A stretch of 64,000 nucleotides of DNA, from NCBI GenBank assembly GCA_965603825.1, contig CBFDEM010000023.1, positions 310,001-374,000 of the forward strand. Reading direction: 5' to 3'. Positions within the stretch are counted from its first letter, which is position 1. Every line of letters starts with the position of its first letter. Below are positions 36,129 to 47,681 of this stretch, in pieces. Both the position numbers and the translations under genes were made by a program. The DNA comes from Blepharisma stoltei ATCC 30299 (lineage: Eukaryota; Protista; Ciliophora). A model generated the notes under the pieces. The model saw only the letters and a list, made by a program, of their open reading frames with translations, was not told the DNA's origin and did not search any database.

Positions 36129-39100
36129 TTAAGGAGCCTTAATATCATTAAAAGGAATAATACTGTTGTCAACTCCAAAGCTCAAAATACTTTCGTGCAT
36201 AATTGCTTTAACTATGTCGCCATTTTTCCCTTTAGTATAAACAGAATGATCCTCGAAAATTTTAACTAGTTCTTCTTCTACCAAGCTTGAATCAGGAAGT
36301 CCTTTCATTAATGCTAAAAATTCTTCTAGTTCAAGCGAATTAGGGATTTCTCCTGTCGGTCAAAGAGCTTTAGATAATTTGTTTTTCAAGACTTGGTAAT
36401 ATTCTAATAAAAGTGATAAAAATTCGTCAGTATTCACTTTTTCTGTGTTTCTTTGAAGTACTCTGACAACCCTACCTGAGTATTTAGGCGATTCTTGAAT
36501 CCTAATCATATTGATTCTATTTAAAAGCCCTTGAAATAGGACGGGAGATAATTTCTTTTCAAAAAATACTGATGCACAATGAATAGCCCTGTCATAGGGT
36601 GAAAAATGGTCAGGAGAAAAATCTTCATTATAAATATAAGGACCTATATTGCAGCATTCCATAAACTCACAAGAATATAAATAAAAATTCCAATCTTCAA
36701 CGGTAAAATTCCCTTCCAATCCCAAAAATTTATAGAAATTTTTTATCCTTATAAACTTTTCGCTATACGAAATAGTTGCATGAACAACTTGTTTATATTT
36801 ATTTTCAGCTACTGAGCGAAGCCCATATCTATGTATAAGCATATCGTAAAGGACAATAGAAGCTTCATGGCTTTTATGGTCAGCACTTTCTCTAGAAAGC
36901 GATATTTTCTCTGCATACACCTGATTAATAATTTTCATTAAGATCTTTATGCTCATTGACAGTTTAACTTTATTTTCTCTCAAAGAGTCCATAATTTTTG
37001 TCAATAATTTCTGCCCTGGGTGCGTTAAATGAATTTTTCGCTGAACTTGGCCTAATAAAAAAGCTTCAACAATTAATAGCTGTTTCGGGTTTACTTTAGG
37101 CATATATTTTGGAGCAGCTTTAGGTTTTACTGGCATCACATCATTAAGTTCTGGAAGGCTTTGTGTAAATGATCCTGAATTATCCTCTTGAAACTTCCTG
37201 CTAATTCTACGACTGCTAGAGTGGAATTTTTCGCTGGTTTTTAAGGACATTTCTTTTATTTCGTCTTCGTCTGATTCCATTTTTTTCATCATATTTTTAA
37301 GAAAGATATTGTCTCCTGATAAATCAGTTTGCACATAAGCATCAAAAAATGTTTTAGGTGGTGCAAGCTTGATTCGGTCTCGAATGATTTTTGGCTGCGA
37401 GAGGGGCTTTTTGATGCTTTTTTCTATGATAGGAGATAAATCCTTGGAGCGTGAACCTTCTTTTGATCTTACGCTGATAGGAGTTGTGGAATGGCTTTTT
37501 ATTGGAGTTTGAATTCTATCTGTTTTTTGGGAGTACATTGAGTCCAGTTTTATTCTTAGCTTGTGGGCATATTTTTTTGCTTTGTCATTATTAATCAGGG
37601 CTTCTGCTGGCTTCTTTTTAATTAGGACTTTTGATAGGACTTTTTTAAACTTCCCTATATTTTTTACAAGCTTCGCTGGCAAAGCTTCATCAATTTCCTG
37701 ATGCTCATTTGTACTGCTATTATTGGCTGTATCTTCTCCTCCTTCACTATGGGTTTCTTGTTCTCTATGTTTCTCATTAATCCTATTTGCTATTTTTTTC
37801 TTTGCCTTAGCTTCATGTATAACAGTATCTACAAGTTCGTCTTCAATCGCATTATAGACATCTTTGATAATATTTCTATCCTTTCTCAAAATTTTGGATG
37901 CTTTTTTGGTTGCATTTGTGACTTTTTTAACATCAAAATTATTAGTTTGAGAAGCAACTGAAGTAATAAGTGTAGCGTTATCAAGCTTGTCTATGTGCTT
38001 ATCAAGCTTATTCAAATTTGTAACTAAAACTTCTTTTGTGAGGGTTTTTTTCTTTTCTGATGTATTTTTCCGAATGAACCTTTTTCTTATTTCAATATCA
38101 TTTATAATAGAAATTTTTAAGTCTGCTTTGAATTCTGGGGCTTGCACTCCTCTGTCAATTCCAAAGGTACCCATATTTATAGCGTACAATCCGAAATTAA
38201 GTTTGGTATTTGGTATTTCTGATTTTCAATCAATAAAATTATGCCTTACAGGTGTGGCATCAGCAGCTACCTCTGCAATTTCTTCTGTTCAAGTTGACTT
38301 ATTTTTTTTAGGAACAATAGCTATAATTTCATCAGGCAAATCAATGCTTTCTACTCTTCCTGAGCTATGTCTTCTAAATAGCTGCTGAGCATGGAATTGG
38401 TCCTGCATATCAAAATATCCTGCCATAATGACTGGTTTCATAGACTTAGGTCTTTTAATTCGAATTGTTTTTTCTAATTCATATTCAAGATCAATGTTTT
38501 CCGTCTGTGAACTTTCATCAAAAGCATCAGGAACTGCAGAAACACACTTATCTTTTTGAAGAACAAATCTTCTAGATGACGACTCATTTATGCTTTCTCC
38601 AAGATCCGCACTTCTTTTTCTTATTTTTTCAATTTCCAGCTTCATTTCTTTTTTTTCGTTATTTAATTCATCAATATTTTTGTCCTTGCTTTTTATTGCT
38701 TTCAGTAATTCTTCATTTTTTGCTTGCTCTTTCTTTATTTCCTCTTCTCAATTTTTTTCAGCTCTTCCTATGAATTCTATGTGCTGCTCTTGCATTTCTT
38801 CAAGTTTTTTTAGACTTATGTCATCAGATTTACTGTACAATTCTAGCTGCGAATTCCAGAGTTTTTCCATCAGTTGGCCTCTTTCAAGGCAGTGAACACT
38901 AACTTGGCGGATTATTTCTTTAAAACAAATTGTGTAAATTAATTGTGCGATAGAAACCCTTTGGTCGATTGGCTTGTCTGATTGGATTACTTGAGTATCA
39001 AGCATGCAATCAAGCCAATATCTGAGTAGTTCTACTTCTCTGCGGCTTGAAGGTGCTCCGAGATCAAGCTCTCCTCGGTTTTTGGTTGGCCGGTCTGTTT

Positions 39101-39716
39101 GTAGAGGTCTATCTTCGAGTTTAGATTGAGAATGAGATCGGCTATGGACTTTAGGAGAACCTGGAGGATTTTCATGGATTTGAGCGACTTTGTTGAATAG
39201 CCAGTCTGATTGTGCTTTATAATAATACAAGCTTTCTTTAATAAAAAATTCTTTTCTTTTCTTTTGATTTTTTGAAAGCTTCTTTTTTGCTTCTTCAATT
39301 TCACTGAAAAAAGTGCTATTAAAAGTTTTGCCTTGCTTTGCTTTTACTTTTTCTGCTTCCTTTTCAAGATCACTCAAATTTGTAGGCAATGGTAGTTTTA
39401 TTTCTGATTCTTTTCCGGATATTATTTGTTTCAATTGATTTTCATTGATATCATTTCTTCCTTTGATTTCTTTTAGCGTTTCAAGTCTGTAAGAAACATC
39501 TCGGAGATTTATTTGTTGCGTTTCATCAGTTTTTAATGGGGTTAATTTAGATGAGCTTGATCTTTTATGAATATCAGGCAGGGTAGAGTTACTTGCAGAT
39601 TTTTTCGGTCTTGATGTATGTGATGGCGAAGCTGGTGCTGAGCCTTTATCTTCAATAAATTTAAGCCTTTCTCTCAAGGTATAAAGAGGGATATTAAGTT
39701 TCAATTGTTTTTCCAT
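36129..39716 (-). CDS. Axonemal dynein light chain domain protein (AXDND1-like, 1195 aa)
   Basis: One frame across 4 TGAs to TAA 36129; PSSRREVELLRYWLD...CFKEIIRQVSVHCLERGQL. Confidence 0.78.
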
Positions 39717-39998
39717 AATAAATTATTAATCTTATATAAATTAAAACAGAAATTTGTTCGGAGTCTTATTAGTAATTTGATTCTAATAAAATACAATATT
39801 AAATTAAAAAATAATTAGAAATAATATTTTAATGTGTTTGAAATTTAAATTATTATTTTTATAGGTGGAAAATAGCAATCGTTCTTACTGTTTTCAATTT
39901 TTTAAAGTTATTTTTAATTTAAAATATTTTATAATTAAATACCCTATTTATAAAAAAAGCACAGTTAACAATTTTGGGGCTTTTTATAATATTTAATA

Positions 39999-40844
39999 AT
40001 GCAGGAGGTGCTAAAGGAGATCAGACATTTAGTAACATTTACCCATCCAAATCTAATGACATTCAACAAGTCAATAAACGTTCCAGCTATATCTAGACAA
40101 GAAATTTATAATGAGCCTGCAAAAGCCCCAATGCCTGCAATTCAGCCAAAGCCTATAAAAAAATCTGGAGTTGCCGTAACTTTTCCAGACCCTAAACCAG
40201 CTAAACTTGAAAAAAGAAAAGAGCACAAGCCAAAACCAAAGCCAAAGTCACCTATAGACGAACCTATGCCAGTTTTCCCAGTTAAACGCCAAAGAGCCGA
40301 AATTCTCACAATTGATGAATCTCCCAAAGAAATAAAAAAGTGCCCCCTTTGTGAATGAAGATTTCCCAAAGATTTCTCAGAAGTCGAAATGAATAAACAC
40401 GTAAATGCATGTGTGGATGGAAATGGGGTAGAAGATATTAAAGAGTATCACGACTCGATGAGAGCTATAAAAAAACTTAAAAAAAGAGATGAGCGACAGG
40501 AAACTCAAGAAATTGCCAGTCCAGCTATTCCTGAAATTAAAAGGCCAATTATTGAAATTCCGACTATTAGAAAAACTAACGACAGTGACTCTTCGGATGA
40601 TGAAAAAAATAAAATTCAGAATTGTCCTTACTGCAAGCTCTTTATTGGAAAGCGGAGCAATGATTTTATTGAATGACATATAAAAGAATGTGCAGAAGAT
40701 AAATTTGATATGTATGAAGAAGACAAAAAACTTTATGATGAGCTAGGGAATATCCCTAAAATGTCGAAATCTGATATTATGGCTAAGTCTGAGTACACTA
40801 GTTTGAGGATGTTCAAAAGGAAGATAAGAAAGAATTTTAATTAA
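39999..40844 (+). CDS. Protein with two UBZ-like zinc fingers (281 aa)
   Basis: CPLCE-W-RF...HVNAC and CPYC...W-HIKEC across TGAs; TAA 40842-40844. Confidence 0.7.
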
Positions 40845-41425
40845 AGGATTTGGTTTCATATATAAATATTCTAATTTAAAAATTTAGAATAAAATTAACA
40901 AGCTATTTGCCTGCTCCCAGAGAAATAAACTTTGAAATATGATTTGCAAAAACAAATTGCATTTATTTTGGGTTGTTTTTATGGATTCTATCAGACACTT
41001 TTAAAATTTTCTTATTTATAGCAGTTATAAATACTAATTTTTGGTCATATATTGATTAATTTTGCCCTATGTAGATTTAATTATTTAAATTACTTATTAG
41101 GGCATATTTACCCTTTGCACTGCAATCTGCACTCAAGCCTTATTATTATACGAAGCTCTTAGAGAAAGCCTTTTTTTTGTGTTTCGATTATACAAAATTA
41201 AGGGTACTGCGGTACTTTGTGCGAAGCTTGGTATAAAGCAGGCCCAGACTGTCACTTCAGTTTTATCCTCTAGAGTAGGAATTTGGGCCCTCTACCCCTG
41301 AATTTAAAGTGATATAAGTCTCCGCAATAGTTGATGAAGTTACTATTTTGATGACACCATCTGAAAAAATATCAGACTAAATAAGTTAATATTTATATAA
41401 TCCACTATTAAATATAAAATACTAA

Positions 41426-42328
41426 TTAAAACAGAATACAAGACTTGCAACTTATACTAATCTCATCTTCTTCAAGCCTTGTTTGTTCTCTATCGCCTAC
41501 ATTCTCTTTCAATTTATTTATTAAGTCTTTAATCTCCATATTTTCAGTCTCTTTTTGCTTTATTTCTGACTCTCCAAAAACAATTCTTCGATTCATTTCA
41601 TCGATTTCTTTTTTCAACTCTTTTATCTGTTCATTCAAGTGTACTCCAATTTCTCGATTTGCCTTAATTGAACTAATATCTGATTCGGTGTATTCAGGCT
41701 TTGAACTTACATTTTTAGCATCTAACAATTCGCATGCATTGTCTAATTGTTCTCTCATTTGAATTAAATCTCTTTTTGTTTTGCTAGTTTCTTGCAAAAC
41801 CTCACTAGCACTTCTCTTCATATAAAACAGTTCTTTTTGGTAGCTTGCTGCTTCAGTTTCGGCTCTGATATTACCTTTTAAGTACTCATTTTGTGTTGAA
41901 CGAAAATTTTTTAATTGCTGTTTCACACCTTTCAGCAGGTTTTTTGATTTTTGCTTTAAATTTGTGGTGCTCATTGATTCATCACTTGAGCTGCTATCAC
42001 CACTTGAAAAGCTTTTTTCGGGAAAACTATGATTTAAGTCTGAAAGATCTTTGGAATTTTTTTCGAAATCTTGAGGAGATGGAACTCCTATATATGACTC
42101 AGATTTGTGAGGACTTTGATATGATGAATCAGAGTAATCATATTGAATTGTGGACCTTTGGGCTGCATTTTCGGAAAGTTCTCTAGCAGTTGTCAGGAGA
42201 GATGAAGGTAGTTCCATCCCATTTTCATCTGTGATTTCTTTTAGTCTTGAAAGGCGCTCGTTCATTTCTCTGATGAAGCTTTGAGAAATCCCTTTTGAGG
42301 GCTCTCTACCAGAGCTGTTGATGAACAT
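41426..42328 (-). CDS. Coiled-coil protein with CAAX-like end (CKSCILF)
   Basis: 300-aa ORF. Confidence 0.75.
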   Translation of the reverse strand: MFINSSGREPSKGISQSFIREMNERLSRLKEITDENGMELPSSLLTTARELSENAAQRSTIQYDYSDSSYQSPHKSESYIGVPSPQDFEKNSKDLSDLNHSFPEKSFSSGDSSSSDESMSTTNLKQKSKNLLKGVKQQLKNFRSTQNEYLKGNIRAETEAASYQKELFYMKRSASEVLQETSKTKRDLIQMREQLDNACELLDAKNVSSKPEYTESDISSIKANREIGVHLNEQIKELKKEIDEMNRRIVFGESEIKQKETENMEIKDLINKLKENVGDREQTRLEEDEISISCKSCILF

Positions 42329-42744
42329 AATTAATTACTTCATTAACAAAATAGAGTGGGATATAAAAGGCATTGCATTGGAGAGAATTCAGTAAAAATA
42401 TGAAATGAAAAAAATTCCTGTCAATCAATATATAAAAAATTAATTTATATTATTACTATTGAATCGTTTTATAAAATTCTTATTATAATAGTAAATTTAT
42501 ATATAGAATTTTAGCATTACATGTTCAGAGCTCTAAAATAGGAATATACAAATTAAATTTAAAATAAAATTAAGATTTGATTATTTAGAAATGCCATTTT
42601 CTTAATAAACTAAACTAATATAAATCATTTTTTATCTTTCGATTTTACCTTTAGTTTCCTCACTCGAAGTTTTTCACTGAAGCCTAGTTTCCGTATCCTC
42701 TATGATACTTTGGATACATATCCTTTCTTCATATAATTTGTATC

Positions 42745-45700
42745 ATGCAGTCTCCAGACTTTAAATACGACAGCTCACACTTTTTTCATGATCTTATGAT
42801 GTCCTGAACATTCCCAGTTATCAGTTTCTATAGAAAAAACATACCATCTCCAGACAATTTGATAAATATTCCTAAAAGGGTAAAATTTGATACTTCTCTT
42901 ACAAGTCTTGAAGAAGAGTGGGCAAAAGAGTCAGTAAAGCCAAGCCCAAGCTTCCTAAAAGCTCTTTTAAGAGTAATTGGCTGAGATATCTTCAAATATT
43001 TTTTGCCTGGAATTTTTGGGTACAATCTTGGTCTTGCACAAGCACTTTTAGTTATTTATCTAACAAGATACATTGAAGAGAGCTCAGCGGATCCATGGGA
43101 TGGGGTTTTATATATCACTCTTTATGCTGTATCAACCCTTTTTTCTTACTTTTTCCTCAATCTTTCTGCTTTTAAAGTCTTCACTTTAATTGCAAGAGTA
43201 AAATCAATGATTCCTTGCCTTTTATATCAAAAACTAGTAAATATATCTCAATTAGCAATATCAGAAGGCAACACTAAAGGCAAAATAGCGAATATAATTG
43301 GTTCCGAGCTTGAAATATTAGATGGGATGACCAGCTTAGTTTGGCTTTTTTCCTTGCCAATTTTTTTAATTGGGGCATTTTTTATTATAGGCTTTACTAC
43401 AGGAGTTGCTGGAGTTATTGGCTTAGTCGTAGTGATTTTGCATTTCCCAGCAATTATGCTGGTATGCAAAATAGCAGGGAATTTTAGAATTAAAGTGAAT
43501 ATTGCAGGAGATGTAAGGATTAAGATGATCACGAGCTTAATTGAAGGGATAAGAATTGTGAAATTATATGGATGGGAAAGCCCTAATTTAGAAACTATTT
43601 TTAAGCAGAGAGCTCTTGAAATTAAAACTGCTTATAAAAAAATCTGCTTTTTAAGTCTAAATCGTACACTTAGTAATGGCGGGATCGGTTTAACCCTTTT
43701 TATTACCTTTCTTATATATATTTATTTAGGAAATGAGCTAGAACCAGGCATAGTTTACTCGACAGCCACAATATTGCTAATGACCCAAACTATGGTCTCT
43801 TATATAGGGTCCTTAGCTGTTTTTCAATTATTTTTATTCATAATCGCAATGAAAAGAGTTACCGAAATTCTCGTAATTAAAAATAATACTAGAGTTTCAC
43901 TCGAAAACTCAGAAGATTATGCGATAAAGTTAAGCAATGCGAATTTTTCATGGAAAGAAGCTGGAGAAATCCGGGGAATTTCAAGAAAATCGTTAAAAAT
44001 TGACGCAGAAGTAACTACTTATGATGGCGATATAGTGCTAGAGCATGTCAATGCTAAAGTGAGAAAGGGGGAACTGGTAATTGTAGTTGGGCCAGTTGGC
44101 TGTGGAAAAACTAGCTTGCTTATGGGATTAATGCAAGAAATTCCGCTGATTGGTGGAGATATGAGTATCAATGGCAGTATAGCTGTTGCAGGAGAAGACC
44201 CATGAATAGTTTCAGGGACTATCAAAGATAATGTCTTAATGGGACTCGAGTATGAAGAAAAATTTTATAAAAAGGTCATTTCAGCTTGTGCGTTAGATAA
44301 AGATATAGAAAAATTCAAATTTGGTGATAATACATGAGTAGGGGATAAAGGAATAACTTTAAGTGGAGGACAGAAAGCAAGACTTAGCTTAGCTAGAGCT
44401 GCCTACACTAATAGAGATATATTATTGCTTGATGATCCTTTAAGTGCAGTTGACGCAGAAGTCAGTTCTCATTTATTTAAAAAATGCATAAAAGATTTTC
44501 TAAGAGAGAAAACAGTAATTCTAGCAACTCATCAGACTCATTATATATCTGAAGCCGATAAAATTTTGGTTTTAAATTCAGGCTCACAGCTGTTTTTTGG
44601 AGAATTTAATGACTTGAAACTAAAAGAAAATATCATGAATTTAATTGGAGAAGCTGGCCATCAGAAACCAAAAGCTGAACAAAAATCTTCTGTAAATGGA
44701 GTACGCGATATTGAGTTTAATACTGATGCAAAAGGTAAATCATTAATGCAAGAAGAAGAAAAAACAATAATGACAATTCCTTTTAAAATTTATTATAAAT
44801 TTTTGACACTTGGAAGCAAAAATTGATTGATGATTCCAATTCTTTTAGCCATTTTAACAGTGACTCAAGCGCTTTACAGCATGACATTATGGTGGCTGTC
44901 AGTGTGATCCAAAGCAGATCCATCAGATCAAGGGAGTTCTTTTTACTTGTGGGTTTATGCAGTCATTATTTTATGCCTGTATCTTTTTACTTACTTAAGA
45001 GGATTCTTATTCGGAGTCGGTTTATTAAAAAATGCTGAAAAATTGCATAACTCAGCTTTAAAAGGAATAACAGAATCAGAAGTTTCATTTTTTGATAAAA
45101 ATCCTACTGGTAATATGGTTGCAAGATTTTCCAAAGATACAATGATGGTTGATGAGACCCTTATAACATTTTTTATCGAATTTATCAGCACAACCATACT
45201 TTTACTTGGAAATGTTACTGTTATTGCTATTATTGCTCCCCCTAACTTAGCAGCAATAATAGCCTTTTTGTTTTATCTTTTCATTCTTATAAGAACCATA
45301 GTACCGTTAACTACAGTTTTAAAGCGTCTTGAGCTTGCCTCTAAAAGTCCAATACTATCATTAGTAAATTCTACTTTAAGCGGTCTGCCAGTTATTCGTT
45401 GCCTTGATCTTCAACAAAAGTTCACTAAAGAAATGAAAAAGTTTGTCACTCACAACTTAAGAGCTTATCTAACCTATCATATGATGCTCAGGTTTTATCA
45501 AGGTTACTCAGAGCTTGGCGCTACTATTGTAAGCATTTTAAATGTCATTATTTTGATACTTTATAAAGGAAACATAAGCAACAGCGTTGCTGCTATGAGT
45601 ATATCTTTTACAATTTCTACATCAGGATGGGCTAATTGGTGGGCAAAAACAATGATTGAAACTGAAAATTTGATGGCCTCTCCACAAAGGCTGCTGGAGT

Positions 45701-46524
45701 ATTCTGAAATTCCTAAGGAGGGAGATTATGAGTCAGATATTGATTTTAAGATTACAAATGGCCACATTGAGTTCAAAAATCTTTATATGAAATATAGAGA
45801 AAATTTGCCATGTGTCCTTAAATCATTAAACTTAAAAATTGAAGGAGGAAAAAAGGTTGGAATAATTGGAAGGACGGGCGCTGGCAAATCTTCAATAATG
45901 CATGCTTTATTTCGACTAGTAAACCCTTGCTCTGGAACTATTTTTATTGATGGGCAAAACTATTTAGAAATCGGACTTCATCAACTCAGAAAACAGTTGT
46001 CTGTGATTCCACAAAGCCCAACTATATTTTTAGCCAGTATTAGGGATAATCTTGATCCTTTTCATGAGCATACTGATGAAGAAATAGATGAAGTCTTAAA
46101 ACATTCAAAACTATATGATTTGGTCTCAGCTTTTCCACAAGGTCTCGACCATATTTTAGCAGGCGATGGTGGAAACTTATCAGCAGGACAGAAACAGCTA
46201 TTTTGTCTTGCAAGAGCCTTAATTAGGAAGAATAAAATTGTTATGATGGATGAAGCAACTGCAAATGTGGATAGAGAAACTGATAAGCTGATACAGAAAA
46301 AAATTAAGAAAAAGTTTAGAGGAAGCACTTTACTTATAGTTGCTCATAGACTGAGGACAATTGTAGACTCTGATATAATAATTGTGATGGATGGAGGAGC
46401 TTGCAAAGAGATAGACTCACCTAAAATGTTGGTGAGTCAAGAATCATCATTATTTCGAAAAATGATTATGTGCACTGGAGCTGAGGAATCCAACTATTTA
46501 TTAAATAAAATTTCAAGCCACTAA
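42745..46524 (+). CDS. ABCC (MRP4-like) full ABC transporter (1259 aa)
   Basis: Two TMDs and two NBDs (GPVGCGKT/LSGGQ; GRTGAGKS/LSAGQ); 6 TGA(Trp) including EDP-W-I. Confidence 0.95.
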
Positions 46525-46616
46525 TTATCAGTTATTATAAAATAATGATATGAATACTTCATGAGTCTTTCTGATATCCATCCATCATTACTTTAATATT
46601 ATATTGAAACAGCATC

Positions 46617-47546
46617 TTACTGCTGTTTTTGCCACGCAAGATAATCTTCTCATATTCCCATAATATTTTTTTGGATTCTCCTCAAGTGATGAACAGCTAA
46701 TGGCTTTTTCGCTTCTTTCATACTTTTCTCAATCCTTTCAGCAACAGCTGCTCCATCTGACCTAGAAGACCTAAATCGATAGTCAGCCTCGTTATTTGGA
46801 TCTGAATAAATGTGAATAGTTTCCATCTCAATGTCAAAATTTTCCCCACTTTTTGGATAGCTTACTTTCTCCTCTTCTTTCAATGAAGCTTTTAATGCTT
46901 TTTCAAGATCATCATCTTCTTCTTCCAAAATATCAAGAAGTTGTACTTTTTTTTTGTCTTTTTTGGCAACAATAATTTTTGTTCCATCAGAAATCATACA
47001 GTCATTAAGAGTGCAATCATCATACCCTATTAGTTTTCGTGTCTCTGAAGTGCTTGATTCTAATTTCAACTCTATTACTTCCGGATCAATGCTGAATTTT
47101 TTCCCTAAATAATCTTTTAGATCTTTGAAGGTGATCTTTGATGAAACCATAAGAGATTTTCACGTTATCATTGCATACTTAGTGTCTTGAGAGTTTCAGA
47201 CTAAAATATGGATTGGAGTCAGATCTGGCTGGCCATCAACAATAAAAAGTTCTACTTCAGGGCCACCTTGATATCATAGTTTAAGGGCGTTCCACGATGC
47301 GCTTGAAATAAGCATAATATCGTTTATACTGAGAGATAGCTTGAGAGACGAGCCTTCAAACAAAGACTCGTTGCTAATTGGACCTGGGCAAGGACCTGTT
47401 GCATCTCGATAGTAGCCTACATAATCGCACCAAGAGTTTCACCACGGATTTGCTATCGCAAATACAGTTTGAGAAGCTTCGACTAACTCGTTTACAGACT
47501 CTGGCTCATAACCTAAAATAACTATTCTTTGATTTGAAGGATCCAT
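46617..47546 (-). CDS. DUSP + UBL + UIM protein without catalytic domain (309 aa)
   Basis: PW-W-NSWCDYV...PGPISNESL...-W-YQGGP (DUSP); ubiquitin-like region; EEDDDLEKALKASLKE (UIM). Confidence 0.75.
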
Positions 47547-47681
47547 TATTAAATATATTGAAAATGAATTTTCCACAATAAAATATAGCATCTATCATAA
47601 ACATAAGAGTTCCCTATATGCAGATCTTTTAAAGTAATAATTTAATGAGAAATTAAATGATAGAAAAATATTTATAAGTAA

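Noticed and set aside
39999-40844. UGA as selenocysteine near Cys motifs
   Set aside because: The UGAs do not occupy Cys ligand positions and no SECIS was recognised
41247-41270. Telomerase RNA (CTGTCA template-boundary-like motif)
   Set aside because: No CCCTAACA-type template follows
41245-41364. U3 snoRNA
   Set aside because: Box A not matched, no box B, and the C'-to-D distance is far too short
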